NCBI GenBank assembly: GCA_963931495.1
Contig: OZ007020.1
Span: 926,619-958,618, forward strand
Direction of reading: 5' to 3'
DNA from: an uncultured Alphaproteobacteria bacterium
Lineage (GTDB): Bacteria > Pseudomonadota > Alphaproteobacteria > Rs-D84
Length of the DNA: 32,000 nucleotides
How positions within the stretch are numbered: position 1 is the first letter of the stretch; each line of letters begins with the position of its first letter. The translations under genes and the position numbers were made by a program. Positions 7,477 through 15,615 of this stretch are shown here, in pieces. A model generated the notes under the pieces. It saw nothing but the letters and a program-made list of their open reading frames with translations, did not search any database and had not been told where the DNA came from.

Positions 7477-8838
7477 ATGCCAGCAAAAACAGTTAATGAT
7501 ATTGTCGCACTGTGTAAACGACGCGGTTTTATTTTCACAGGTTCTGAAATCTATGGCGGTATGGGCGGGACATATGATTATGGCCCATATGGTGTTGAAT
7601 TGATGAAGAATATTCGCAACGCATGGTGGAACGCCATGGTGTATTCGCGTAATGATATAGAAGGACTGGACGCCGCGCAAATCACAAACAGATTGATGTG
7701 GAAATATTCTGGGCACGAAGCCAGTTTTTCTGACCCGTTGGTTGAATGCAAAAAATGTGGCGCGCGCATGCGCCAAGATAAAATGCGCGACCAGACAAAA
7801 TGCGACAATTGTGGCAGTACTGATTTAACCCCACCGCGGGCATATCAGTTGATGATGGGACTGTCCATTGGGGCAACCGCTGATGGTGAAATTAATGCGT
7901 ATCTGCGCCCAGAAACTGCAACAACAACTTACACAAATTTCAAAAACATTTTGGACGCATGCCCGCATAAGTTGCCGTTTGGTATCGTCCAGATTGGCAA
8001 GGCATTTCGTAACGAAATTTCACCACGCGGATTCGTATTCCGTATGCGCGAATTTGAACAGGCGGAAATGCAATATTTTGTGCATCCAGATGAAGATGAA
8101 AAATATTTTGAAATGTGGAAAAAAATTCGCATGGATTGGTGGGTAAACACATTGGGAATCCCGGCATCACGTTTGCGCTTTACACCACATGAAAAATTAG
8201 CACACTATGCCAAGGCAGCGGGGGATATAGAATACGAATTCCCAGATGGTTTTGATGAAGTAGAAGGTATACATAATCGTCAAGACTTTGATTTGGGTTC
8301 GCATACCAAGGGCCAGAGTGAATTCAAAATTCATGCCAATGTTATGGAAAATCGTGACAGCACAACAAAACTGGCGTACAGCGACCCACAAACAGGTGAA
8401 AGTTTCATTCCATACGTAATTGAAACGGCAATGGGGGTAAATCGCGCAATGTTCGCAGTTATGCTGGATGCGTACACAGACGAACAACTACCAGATGGCA
8501 AATCCCGCATAGTATTGAAACTAAAACCGGCACTGGCACCGGTCAAGGCGGCGGTAATTCCGCTGGCACGCAATGTACCAGAACTGGTGGACATCGCAAA
8601 CAATATTGAAAACGATTTGCGCAAATTAAATATTGGGCGCATTGAACTGGAAAATTCTGGAAATATTGGTAAAAATTATCGTCGTCATGATGAAATTGGA
8701 ACACCAGTATGCATCACAGTTGATCACCAGACGATGGAAGATAATACCGTAACATTGCGCCATCGCGATACAATGGACCAGGAACGCGTCGCAATCACAG
8801 ATGTCCCACGTCGGGTAATGGAAATAATAAACGCATAA
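7477..8838 (+). CDS. glyQS: Glycine--tRNA ligase, single-chain (alpha2 homodimeric) type
   Basis: The N-terminus 'IVALCKRRGFIFTGSEIYGGMGGTYDYGPYGVELMKNIRNAWW' is diagnostic of alpha2-type GlyRS. Class II motifs and an anticodon-binding C-terminus are present. Length is 453 aa. Confidence 0.9.
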   Translation: MPAKTVNDIVALCKRRGFIFTGSEIYGGMGGTYDYGPYGVELMKNIRNAWWNAMVYSRNDIEGLDAAQITNRLMWKYSGHEASFSDPLVECKKCGARMRQDKMRDQTKCDNCGSTDLTPPRAYQLMMGLSIGATADGEINAYLRPETATTTYTNFKNILDACPHKLPFGIVQIGKAFRNEISPRGFVFRMREFEQAEMQYFVHPDEDEKYFEMWKKIRMDWWVNTLGIPASRLRFTPHEKLAHYAKAAGDIEYEFPDGFDEVEGIHNRQDFDLGSHTKGQSEFKIHANVMENRDSTTKLAYSDPQTGESFIPYVIETAMGVNRAMFAVMLDAYTDEQLPDGKSRIVLKLKPALAPVKAAVIPLARNVPELVDIANNIENDLRKLNIGRIELENSGNIGKNYRRHDEIGTPVCITVDHQTMEDNTVTLRHRDTMDQERVAITDVPRRVMEIINA

Positions 8839-8840
8839 AA

Positions 8841-8867
8841 AAATCCCCAATTTGGGGATTTTTTTAT
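8841..8867. terminator. Bidirectional Rho-independent terminator
   Basis: 'aaatcccc aattt ggggattt' is a perfect 8-bp stem, followed by a T-run and preceded by an A-run. Confidence 0.8.
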
Positions 8868-8913
8868 TCGCTGGGTATACCGATTTCTTTCAACCATGCC
8901 TGTACCGTATTAG

Positions 8914-9258
8914 ACATACTGCCATAAACAGCAATTCCACTTAAATGTTTTGAATTTGGTGTTAAATCGGCGATATCAGCATGTACATTGGCAACCCCAC
9001 TGCGACAAAACAATTAAACAGCGATATGATATGTTTATTCAACGGCGCGATGCTGTAATGCAACAAATGAATGATATGCAAAAAACACTGGAAATGGTGA
9101 ATTACAAAATCAAATACTATGCACGCGCAATGCGCGCCGGCACAATGTCAATATATGATGGCAAAGCAAATAAACAACCGGATTTTTTCGCAAAGCCGCA
9201 AAAAACCAAGAATACAAAGCGTCACTGGGGTATCAGTACTGGCCCATCCGCGGAATGA
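8914..9258 (+). pseudogene. MerR-family transcription regulator remnant (C-terminal dimerisation helix only, HTH missing)
   Basis: 'HCDKTIKQRYDMFIQRRDAVMQQMNDMQKTLEMVNYKIKYY' aligns by eye with the 'GExTLEERxxxLxxxRxxLxxxIxxMQxxLdxLxxKIxxY' C-terminal region of MerR proteins. The frame is closed by a TAG at 8911, with no room for the roughly 45-aa HTH. There is no ATG or RBS. The 3' end overlaps the convergent gene's end by about 25 nt. Confidence 0.4.
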
Positions 9259-10948
9259 CAATGTCGTCGTTGTAATATCCCAAGAATCTGTCGCCAGTTA
9301 TACAATATATTTTTTGTAATGAATCATTATATTCACGAACCGCGGTCACCCAACGATTTTGAATATCATCTTGGGCCCCCTGGTATGCGGTAAACGCGCC
9401 CATTGCCCCGCCGGCACCGGCACCAATCAATGTACCTTTCAGACGGGCCTTGTTACCAAAATCAATCACAGAACCACTGTCGGCGGTTTCCAACATTGGA
9501 TAAAATTCATTTATTGTGTACACCACGCCATCTGGTAATGGTGTTGCGTCGCCATTTGCATTACGCATATAAAACGTTGCACTGGCACCATATACACGTT
9601 TCCATTCGCGCCAGTCAGACTGGTCCATTCCGAATGCCTTTTCATTTGTTATTTCCAGCATGGCCGGTATTTCACGATCAATACGTCCCGCACTGGCGAT
9701 TTTAGTGTATACATGCCCCGATGATGCACCCGGTAACATCGCATATCCCGAATTTTCTGTACGTTCCAGATGGAACTGGTTCGCAGAATTTGACAACACG
9801 GCTTCAAGTTTTGCGTCTTCTATGGCTGCATCCAGACTCATATCCGGATACGCCGCCAACACAATCGCAACCAGTTCTTCGGCACGGCAGTTTTCATTAT
9901 TCGCATCACAAACATATGTTGTTTCGCCGTCTGTAATATCAAAATACGCAATGTCCTTGTTCGGATCTAATGGCGTATTTGTGGCCAACGCACCCCACAA
10001 ACAACGCGATTGACGGTTATCTATGTTACAATCTTCTATGCGCAATACGGATTCACCAGTGGCCGCAATATTGCCAATCACACTGCCCGCCGCCGCATTT
10101 ACACCAGTGGATAAAATCATATCGCCGGCAACCTTGCCCGCATACGCATTACCCGCCATCAATGCCGCGCCCGACAGCGCCCCAATTGCCGTACCCTGTA
10201 ACTTTCCCTTGTCCGCGCCAAGTAACGACGAATTTCCAATGTCGTTTTCACCCGCCATATTGCCCCCCAGTGCACCAATTAATGCACCCGCAGCAATTTT
10301 AAGTCCGGCGTTATCCTTCTGTTCTTGGTTCATTACCTGGATAACATCGTCCATTGTGGGTTCTGAATCCGACGGAAAAACGATATTACCAGCATCCGCA
10401 GTATACGAATATTCTGGGAATTCAGATATATTGCACTTTACCGTATCACCCGCCGCCAAATTTGCACGCGCCAATACAACATCAGAACCATTTGCCCCCA
10501 TTTGGTAACCGCGCATTTCAACGACCGCAACACACGTATTTGCCCCACCGGCACCCGCACCAACGGTTGGCCCGTCCCATGCAAATTCACCATTAGGATA
10601 AATCATAGAACACGATTCCAATTGCGAATACAAAACCGGAGAATTCGCATCCCCAGATATGATCCGCGCCGCCAAGTCCGCATTTGCCACGCGCACCGGC
10701 AATGTTATTTCAGAACCAGTATTCGTCGCACTGGTTGTGGATGTTACATTTTCAACACCCGAATTTTGTGTTGGTTGGGCCGCAATATCGTTTACACTGG
10801 CCTGGGCCCGCATGGCGTTAACCTGGTTATACGCATCCGCATAACTGCGTGAATTATTTCCAATACGAATTGCAGATTGCGCCGTTGGCACAATTCCAAC
10901 CAGCGCCATAATTACAGTCAGACTGATAACAGAATACTTTTTCTTCAT
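9233..10948 (-). CDS. Exported protein of unknown function with glycine-zipper-like Gly/Ala-rich segments
   Basis: The start was moved to 'MKKKYSVISLTVIMALVGIVPTAQS|A' (signal peptide, AGGA RBS). Central segment: 'LKIAAGALIGALGGNMAG...GTAIGALSGAALMAGNAYAGKVAG...GVNAAAGSVIGNIAATG'. C-terminal segment: 'LKGTLIGAGAGGAMGAFTAYQG'. Several Cys residues are present. I recognise no family. Confidence 0.65.
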   Translation of the reverse strand: MKKKYSVISLTVIMALVGIVPTAQSAIRIGNNSRSYADAYNQVNAMRAQASVNDIAAQPTQNSGVENVTSTTSATNTGSEITLPVRVANADLAARIISGDANSPVLYSQLESCSMIYPNGEFAWDGPTVGAGAGGANTCVAVVEMRGYQMGANGSDVVLARANLAAGDTVKCNISEFPEYSYTADAGNIVFPSDSEPTMDDVIQVMNQEQKDNAGLKIAAGALIGALGGNMAGENDIGNSSLLGADKGKLQGTAIGALSGAALMAGNAYAGKVAGDMILSTGVNAAAGSVIGNIAATGESVLRIEDCNIDNRQSRCLWGALATNTPLDPNKDIAYFDITDGETTYVCDANNENCRAEELVAIVLAAYPDMSLDAAIEDAKLEAVLSNSANQFHLERTENSGYAMLPGASSGHVYTKIASAGRIDREIPAMLEITNEKAFGMDQSDWREWKRVYGASATFYMRNANGDATPLPDGVVYTINEFYPMLETADSGSVIDFGNKARLKGTLIGAGAGGAMGAFTAYQGAQDDIQNRWVTAVREYNDSLQKIYCITGDRFLGYYNDDIVIPRMGQY

Positions 10949-11006
10949 CGTTTTATCCTGTGGCCAAATGCGGCGAATTTGTACCATACACGCATCGTAA
11001 CGCGCA

Positions 11007-12101
11007 TCAGAATTGTAATCTTAATCTGACACCAACATCAACCGTGCTTAAACGCGCACTTTCGTACCAGTTTGTATAATGGAACACACTGTCATACGGC
11101 GCTGGATATTCACCACCCGCACCGTCCCCCAGCCATTCTGTCTGGGAAACAATAATACTGCCCGATGTTCTGACACGCCCCAGATTTGTATATCTGACAA
11201 AGAAATCCATTCTGATACCGCCGTCTAAATCCGTGCTTAAACCGCCTTCTACCATAAAAGCCAACTGTTCAGACGTGCCACCATTATGGTACGCATAAAC
11301 ATCCGATATACCGGTTAAATCGCCCGCACCCGCCCATTCCGGGTCCATTTCAGAATAAAATGTATTATCGTATACGACATAATCAGAAATTGTATTCAGC
11401 GATATCCCAACACCGGCACCAATATACGGGCGCAACATACCCCCCGCCAAATATCCGGTATACGCATCAATATTATAGTAAACATTCAACATCGTTGCGT
11501 TTGCAGTGACGGCGCCACCTTCCACAGTGGCGGTGACATATCCCCCGACCCCATCAGATGATTGAATCTGGGTTGGATAACTGATACCAGAATAGCGCAG
11601 GTAACCAAAATCAATACGGATGTCATTATTCAATGACGCCCCAACAGATAATTGCAATGGAATAACGGAATCAGTGTTAAACGGCGCTTCCTGAAACGCG
11701 CCGGGCACGAACCATGCGTTCTGTTCATTCATGTAATCTGCAATCATAGAACCACTGACACTGGCCGAATAACCAACAGAAAAGCCAACATACAGCCCAC
11801 TGTCCGCCAAACGGTCAAAATCCGCCGGCTCATAATACTGGCGTCCTGCATTTGTCGCGTTTGATCCCACCCGTGGCAAAGAACCCGTGACGCGCGTCGG
11901 ACTGGCCGCGTTATTCGGTACACTGGTCTGGACAGTTCGGGATACAGCGGTTGTTGTCGCATACGTCGGCAAATATACAACCTGGCCCGCGGCATTTGTA
12001 CCCTGGTACCCCGTATAAACAGGATACACCGTCGCCATCGCCGCACCAATGCCGGCCACAGAAAAGCCAGTTAACACCGCAAGAAAGCCGACTTTTTTCA
12101 T
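11007..12101 (-). CDS. Outer-membrane beta-barrel protein (porin/OmpA-like barrel family) with a low-complexity N-terminal extension
   Basis: The start was moved to 'MKKVGFLAVLTGFSVAGIGAAMA' (signal peptide, AAGGGA RBS). Alternating amphipathic strands are visible. The C-terminal 'VDVGVRLRLQF' ends in Phe, which is the OMP beta-signal. Confidence 0.75.
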   Translation of the reverse strand: MKKVGFLAVLTGFSVAGIGAAMATVYPVYTGYQGTNAAGQVVYLPTYATTTAVSRTVQTSVPNNAASPTRVTGSLPRVGSNATNAGRQYYEPADFDRLADSGLYVGFSVGYSASVSGSMIADYMNEQNAWFVPGAFQEAPFNTDSVIPLQLSVGASLNNDIRIDFGYLRYSGISYPTQIQSSDGVGGYVTATVEGGAVTANATMLNVYYNIDAYTGYLAGGMLRPYIGAGVGISLNTISDYVVYDNTFYSEMDPEWAGAGDLTGISDVYAYHNGGTSEQLAFMVEGGLSTDLDGGIRMDFFVRYTNLGRVRTSGSIIVSQTEWLGDGAGGEYPAPYDSVFHYTNWYESARLSTVDVGVRLRLQF

Positions 12102-12126
12102 TCCCTTTCCATTTTCCTTTTGAGTT

Positions 12127-12135
12127 ATTATATCA
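12127..12135 (-). promoter_or_regulatory. Extended -10 promoter element TGATATAAT preceded by a T-tract
   Basis: The minus strand reads 'aaatttgtttttgTGATATAATaactcaaaaggaaaatggaaagggaATG', upstream of the 11007-12101 OMP gene. Confidence 0.5.
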
Positions 12136-12177
12136 CAAAAACAAATTTGATAAAAGCATTTAGTAACAATAAAGCAC

Positions 12178-12206
12178 ATAAAAATAACCCCGCCATAAAT
12201 GGCGGG
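12178..12206 (-). terminator. Rho-independent terminator after the 12251-13279 OMP gene
   Basis: The stem cccgcc(12189-12194)/ggcggg(12201-12206) is followed on the minus strand by 'gttatttttat'. Confidence 0.6.
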
Positions 12207-12250
12207 ATTAATGTCCAATATAAGTTAAATTTTATGTTTTTTATTTTGCC

Positions 12251-13279
12251 TTAGAATGCCAAGTTCAGGCGCACGCCAACTTCGGCTTTGACATCTGTGC
12301 CGTTTTGCGACATCGGATGCGCCGTGTCAAACGTATATTCGCCATACAAGACAACCTGGGCATAGTCTGTCAACTGGTTCGCAACCGACAATGAAACGAT
12401 ATATTCGTCAAAGCCATCTTGCATATCAGCCAGACTGTCTATGAACTTTTGGATTTCTGGTTCGGCAACCGCGGCAATTGCCGGATTGTATTCAATATCC
12501 GTCGCCAGACTTTTCACACCATTGTCGGCATGATGATTGTACTTAAATCCCGCGCCCCATGACCAACGATCATCAATTTGATAAAACGCGTTTAATCCAA
12601 AATTAACCTCTGTGGTGGATTTCAGATTAACAGAAATTTCACTTGGCACACCCACCGATGTAACCAACATTGGCGCGCCATACGGATTCGCTATGGCCAA
12701 TTCAGATACATCAATTACATTATGACTGTTGCCGAATGTTTGCAGAACTTCTACGAATGCACTGGTGGTCAGTTTGCTCCACGTTTTGCCAAAGCGAACC
12801 CCGGCATCAACGCCCCAACGGCCATTTGAATAGTTGTCATATTGAAAACCCGTTGCCGTATATGCACCGCGCATCTTGTTTATACCACCCAAGTGCGCAT
12901 CTGCGTAAACGTCCAGGACAATGTTATCCAATGTTTGAATCGGACGCCATATCAGACCAACACGGCCATGATTCATGCCATGACGGTCAATATCACCGTC
13001 ATGCGTGTACGCAAACGCGCCACGAATGGCCAAACGGTCGGTAATACCGATACCTAAATCTTCTTGGATACGCCAAATCGGAAATTCTGTGGCACCGGCA
13101 TGACCCTTGATTTCATGCGCACGGGAATGGTCGGCAATTTTCACCATCAGTCCCGCCGATGTCTTTGAATAAAATTCACCAGATGTTGGTAAATACAGCG
13201 GATTTTCAACATTACCCGCCATTGCCGGCGACGCCAAAACAGATGCCGCCACCGCCAATTTCAAACTTTTTTTCATCAT
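12251..13279 (-). CDS. Outer-membrane beta-barrel protein
   Basis: Signal peptide 'MMKKSLKLAVAASVLASPAMA|G'. Alternating strand pattern. The C-terminal 'AEVGVRLNLAF' ends in Phe. Confidence 0.75.
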   Translation of the reverse strand: MMKKSLKLAVAASVLASPAMAGNVENPLYLPTSGEFYSKTSAGLMVKIADHSRAHEIKGHAGATEFPIWRIQEDLGIGITDRLAIRGAFAYTHDGDIDRHGMNHGRVGLIWRPIQTLDNIVLDVYADAHLGGINKMRGAYTATGFQYDNYSNGRWGVDAGVRFGKTWSKLTTSAFVEVLQTFGNSHNVIDVSELAIANPYGAPMLVTSVGVPSEISVNLKSTTEVNFGLNAFYQIDDRWSWGAGFKYNHHADNGVKSLATDIEYNPAIAAVAEPEIQKFIDSLADMQDGFDEYIVSLSVANQLTDYAQVVLYGEYTFDTAHPMSQNGTDVKAEVGVRLNLAF

Positions 13280-13518
13280 ATTACTCCTTCAATGTTTTGT
13301 GATGAAATACACGTCCCCCATTATTGGCAAGAACGCGGTCTGTATCCACACCACCCATTATTGGCAACAGTGTGTTTTGTGATACAGGCATCCAGATGGT
13401 GCAATATAATGTGAATAAAGTCAAAATAATTTTGTCAATCGCATATATTGAATATTTTGTAATTTTTACTACATTTATATGATGCATACAGGCATCACGT
13501 CACAAAAGGAGCCAATAT

Positions 13519-14040
13519 ATGAATACCGAATTTGACAGATATATGTATATCATTGCCGGCGGGACAGATAAAAAAGCACCCCAGCAGACATTGGATAAAA
13601 ACGACCAAAATAATATTGCCAAGGCATATTTTCAACTGTTTAACAACCTGTGCGCGGTAAACTGGTTACGCGGCGGTTCGCTGGGACAGGCGTGGTATAC
13701 AACACTGAATCAGATCAAGCAATTTATCGCAGCAAAAAAACCAAAAAATCCGTCTGTTATGTACATGCGTCAAATCTTTGCCGCACATAACACCAAAATG
13801 TCGCAAATGATGATGACAGGCCAACATCGCGATGATGAAATCATCGCCACACCACAACAGCGACAAGAATGGAATATGCGTGTTGCCCCAAATGTTACAA
13901 ACGCAATGAACGCAATTAATGCAATTATTGCAAAATATAATGTACGTGAACAAAGTGCAACGTCTGCGAAAATGGATTATGCAACCGCATTAAAAATCAT
14001 TATCCAGAAACAAATGATTGGACATTCGCGCGCCGCGTAA
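13519..14040 (+). CDS. Hypothetical protein with no recognisable family or signal peptide
   Basis: An ORF with a good RBS ('aaaggagccaatatATG'). The sequence is Gln/Asn/Met-rich. I can assign no motifs. Confidence 0.5.
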   Translation: MNTEFDRYMYIIAGGTDKKAPQQTLDKNDQNNIAKAYFQLFNNLCAVNWLRGGSLGQAWYTTLNQIKQFIAAKKPKNPSVMYMRQIFAAHNTKMSQMMMTGQHRDDEIIATPQQRQEWNMRVAPNVTNAMNAINAIIAKYNVREQSATSAKMDYATALKIIIQKQMIGHSRAA

Positions 14041-14061
14041 CCCCAGACACGCGACCAGTAA

Positions 14062-15333
14062 TCATTTATGCGAATATGCCAACGTATACGGCACCAGTGC
14101 GTCCGATGCATCGCGGAACCAAGCGCGGGGGATAATCAGACTGTTATGCTGGCCCGCAGACATTTTGGGTAATTCGTTGCCACTTGCCGCGTTTATAATG
14201 CGTTCCAGCCGTACTGATATATCTGTATCACTGTGCGGAACAATAAAGTTTATTGTGTCATGCCGGCGCAATTCATTACGCAATTCCAGCGTGATTTTTT
14301 CCGCATCCACCGCAGTCACGACGCCGGCCGCATGATATTGCGATGTGGAACGCCCTGTTTCATAATTATGCGCATCTGGCCCAGCGGGTCCGTCAAAAAA
14401 CGCCGTGGTATATCCACGTGTTTCCAAGCGGTTCAGTTCCGCCATATATGGCGCAGGGTCAAAATCATCCGGTGCACGTGCATATGCATCCAGCGCCGCC
14501 CGATATGCATGTACAACCGCACCAACGTAATATTCACTGCGGTTGCGGCCTTCTATCTTTAACGAATCTGGACGTGATTCAATAACCTGGGCCAATCGCG
14601 GCATCAGACACAAATCACGTGCGTTCATTATGTATGCACCGCGTTCATCTTCATCAATTGGCATTTCAATGCCAGTATCATGTTCGCGCAAAATCACGTC
14701 ATATTTCCACCGGCACAATTGTGCGCACGCACCGCGATTTGCCGGACGACCTGTGATAAAATTAGACAACAGGCACCGCCCAGAATAACTCATACACATC
14801 GCGCCATGTACAAAAATTTCCAATCCAACATCAGGACATTTTTCACGAATTACTTTGAATTCATCGTGCGACACTTCGCGTGCCAATACACACAGATGCG
14901 CACCAGCGGACTGCCAAAAACGAACGGATGCCGCCGAACAGATATTTGCCTGGGTTGATACATGTATCGGCATATCTGGAAAGTGTTCACGCACCCACAT
15001 CATAACACCTGGGTCGGATACAATCAGCGCATCAGGCCGCAGATATTTAATCGTGTCCGCCACACGTGGCATATTTTCAAAATCGCGTTCATGCGCAAAC
15101 AGGTTAAACGCCAAGTATACTTTGCGCCCTGCCCCATGCGCCAGTTCAATTCCCGCGCGCACTTCGTCCGTTGTAATCTTTGCACGTGCCCGCATAGAAA
15201 ACCCCGGCAGCCCCGCATAAATCGCATCCGCCCCATATAAAATTGCTGTCTTAAATGCATCCAACGTACCCGCCGGCGCCAATAATTCTGGTATTTTTAT
15301 CATAGCATTTATATTTTCTGCACTTTTTTTCAC
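14062..15333 (-). CDS. Peptidase U32 family protein
   Basis: 'PELLAPAGTLDAFKTAILYGADAIYAGLPGFSMRARA' and 'EIFVHGAMCMSYSGRCLLS' are U32 signatures. The listed start at 15333 is a GTG. The ATG at 15303 (MIKIPELLAPAG) is an equally plausible start. Confidence 0.85.
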   Translation of the reverse strand: MKKSAENINAMIKIPELLAPAGTLDAFKTAILYGADAIYAGLPGFSMRARAKITTDEVRAGIELAHGAGRKVYLAFNLFAHERDFENMPRVADTIKYLRPDALIVSDPGVMMWVREHFPDMPIHVSTQANICSAASVRFWQSAGAHLCVLAREVSHDEFKVIREKCPDVGLEIFVHGAMCMSYSGRCLLSNFITGRPANRGACAQLCRWKYDVILREHDTGIEMPIDEDERGAYIMNARDLCLMPRLAQVIESRPDSLKIEGRNRSEYYVGAVVHAYRAALDAYARAPDDFDPAPYMAELNRLETRGYTTAFFDGPAGPDAHNYETGRSTSQYHAAGVVTAVDAEKITLELRNELRRHDTINFIVPHSDTDISVRLERIINAASGNELPKMSAGQHNSLIIPRAWFRDASDALVPYTLAYSHK

Positions 15334-15402
15334 TTTGCAAGAAAATTGTGAATTTTTAGACTTGATATTTATAAAACGACAATGTATAGTACGTTTTGCA
15401 TT

Positions 15403-15478
15403 GCCGGATTAGCTCAGCTGGTAGAGCGGCTGATTTGTAATCAGTAGGTCGTTGGTTCAAGTCCGACATCCGGCACCA
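15403..15478 (+). tRNA. tRNA-Thr (anticodon UGU), 76 nt, with encoded CCA
   Basis: GCCGGATTAGCTCAGCTGGTAGAGCGGCTGATTTGTAATCAGTAGGTCGTTGGTTCAAGTCCGACATCCGGCACCA. Acceptor stem is GCCGGAT/ATCCGGC, the anticodon loop is TTTGTAA, and the T-loop is GGTTCAAGTCC. Confidence 0.9.
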
Positions 15479-15485
15479 GAATTTC

Positions 15486-15507
15486 CGCGGGTCACCGCGT
15501 TTTTTTA
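15486..15507. terminator. Rho-independent terminator after tRNA-Thr, possibly also serving the convergent dgkA
   Basis: 'cgcgg gtca ccgcg' stem followed by TTTTTTT. Confidence 0.6.
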
Positions 15508-15615
15508 TTATCCTAATCATCACAACTTTTTCGCAAAATATGATGTGTTGCTGAAACCACCGGACCAAATTTATACCATAAAGCGGCCCAATAAAAATTA
15601 CAATACTGACGTTTT

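Noticed and set aside
8869-9009. Short minus-strand reading frame ending in TAA just before the 8841-8867 terminator ('..GVANVHADIADLTPNSKHLSGIAVYGSMSNTVQAWLKEIGIPSE*'). It looks superficially protein-like.
   Set aside because: Only about 47 codons are open and there is no usable start. All frames upstream are full of stops, and I cannot tie the sequence to a family. It is the antisense of the MerR-like remnant, which has the better-supported similarity. It could still be a second gene fragment, so it is worth a blastx.
9403-10852. A series of plus-strand ORFs of 60-160 aa (9403-9705, 9660-10013, 9970-10302, 10023-10508, 10502-10852, among others)
   Set aside because: All are antisense to the 9233-10948 gene. 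Their Pro/His/Arg-rich composition is the expected mirror of a Gly/Ala-rich coding strand.
14018-15260. Multiple plus-strand ORFs of 80-120 aa
   Set aside because: They are antisense to the U32 peptidase gene, whose motifs are unambiguous. They are shadow ORFs.
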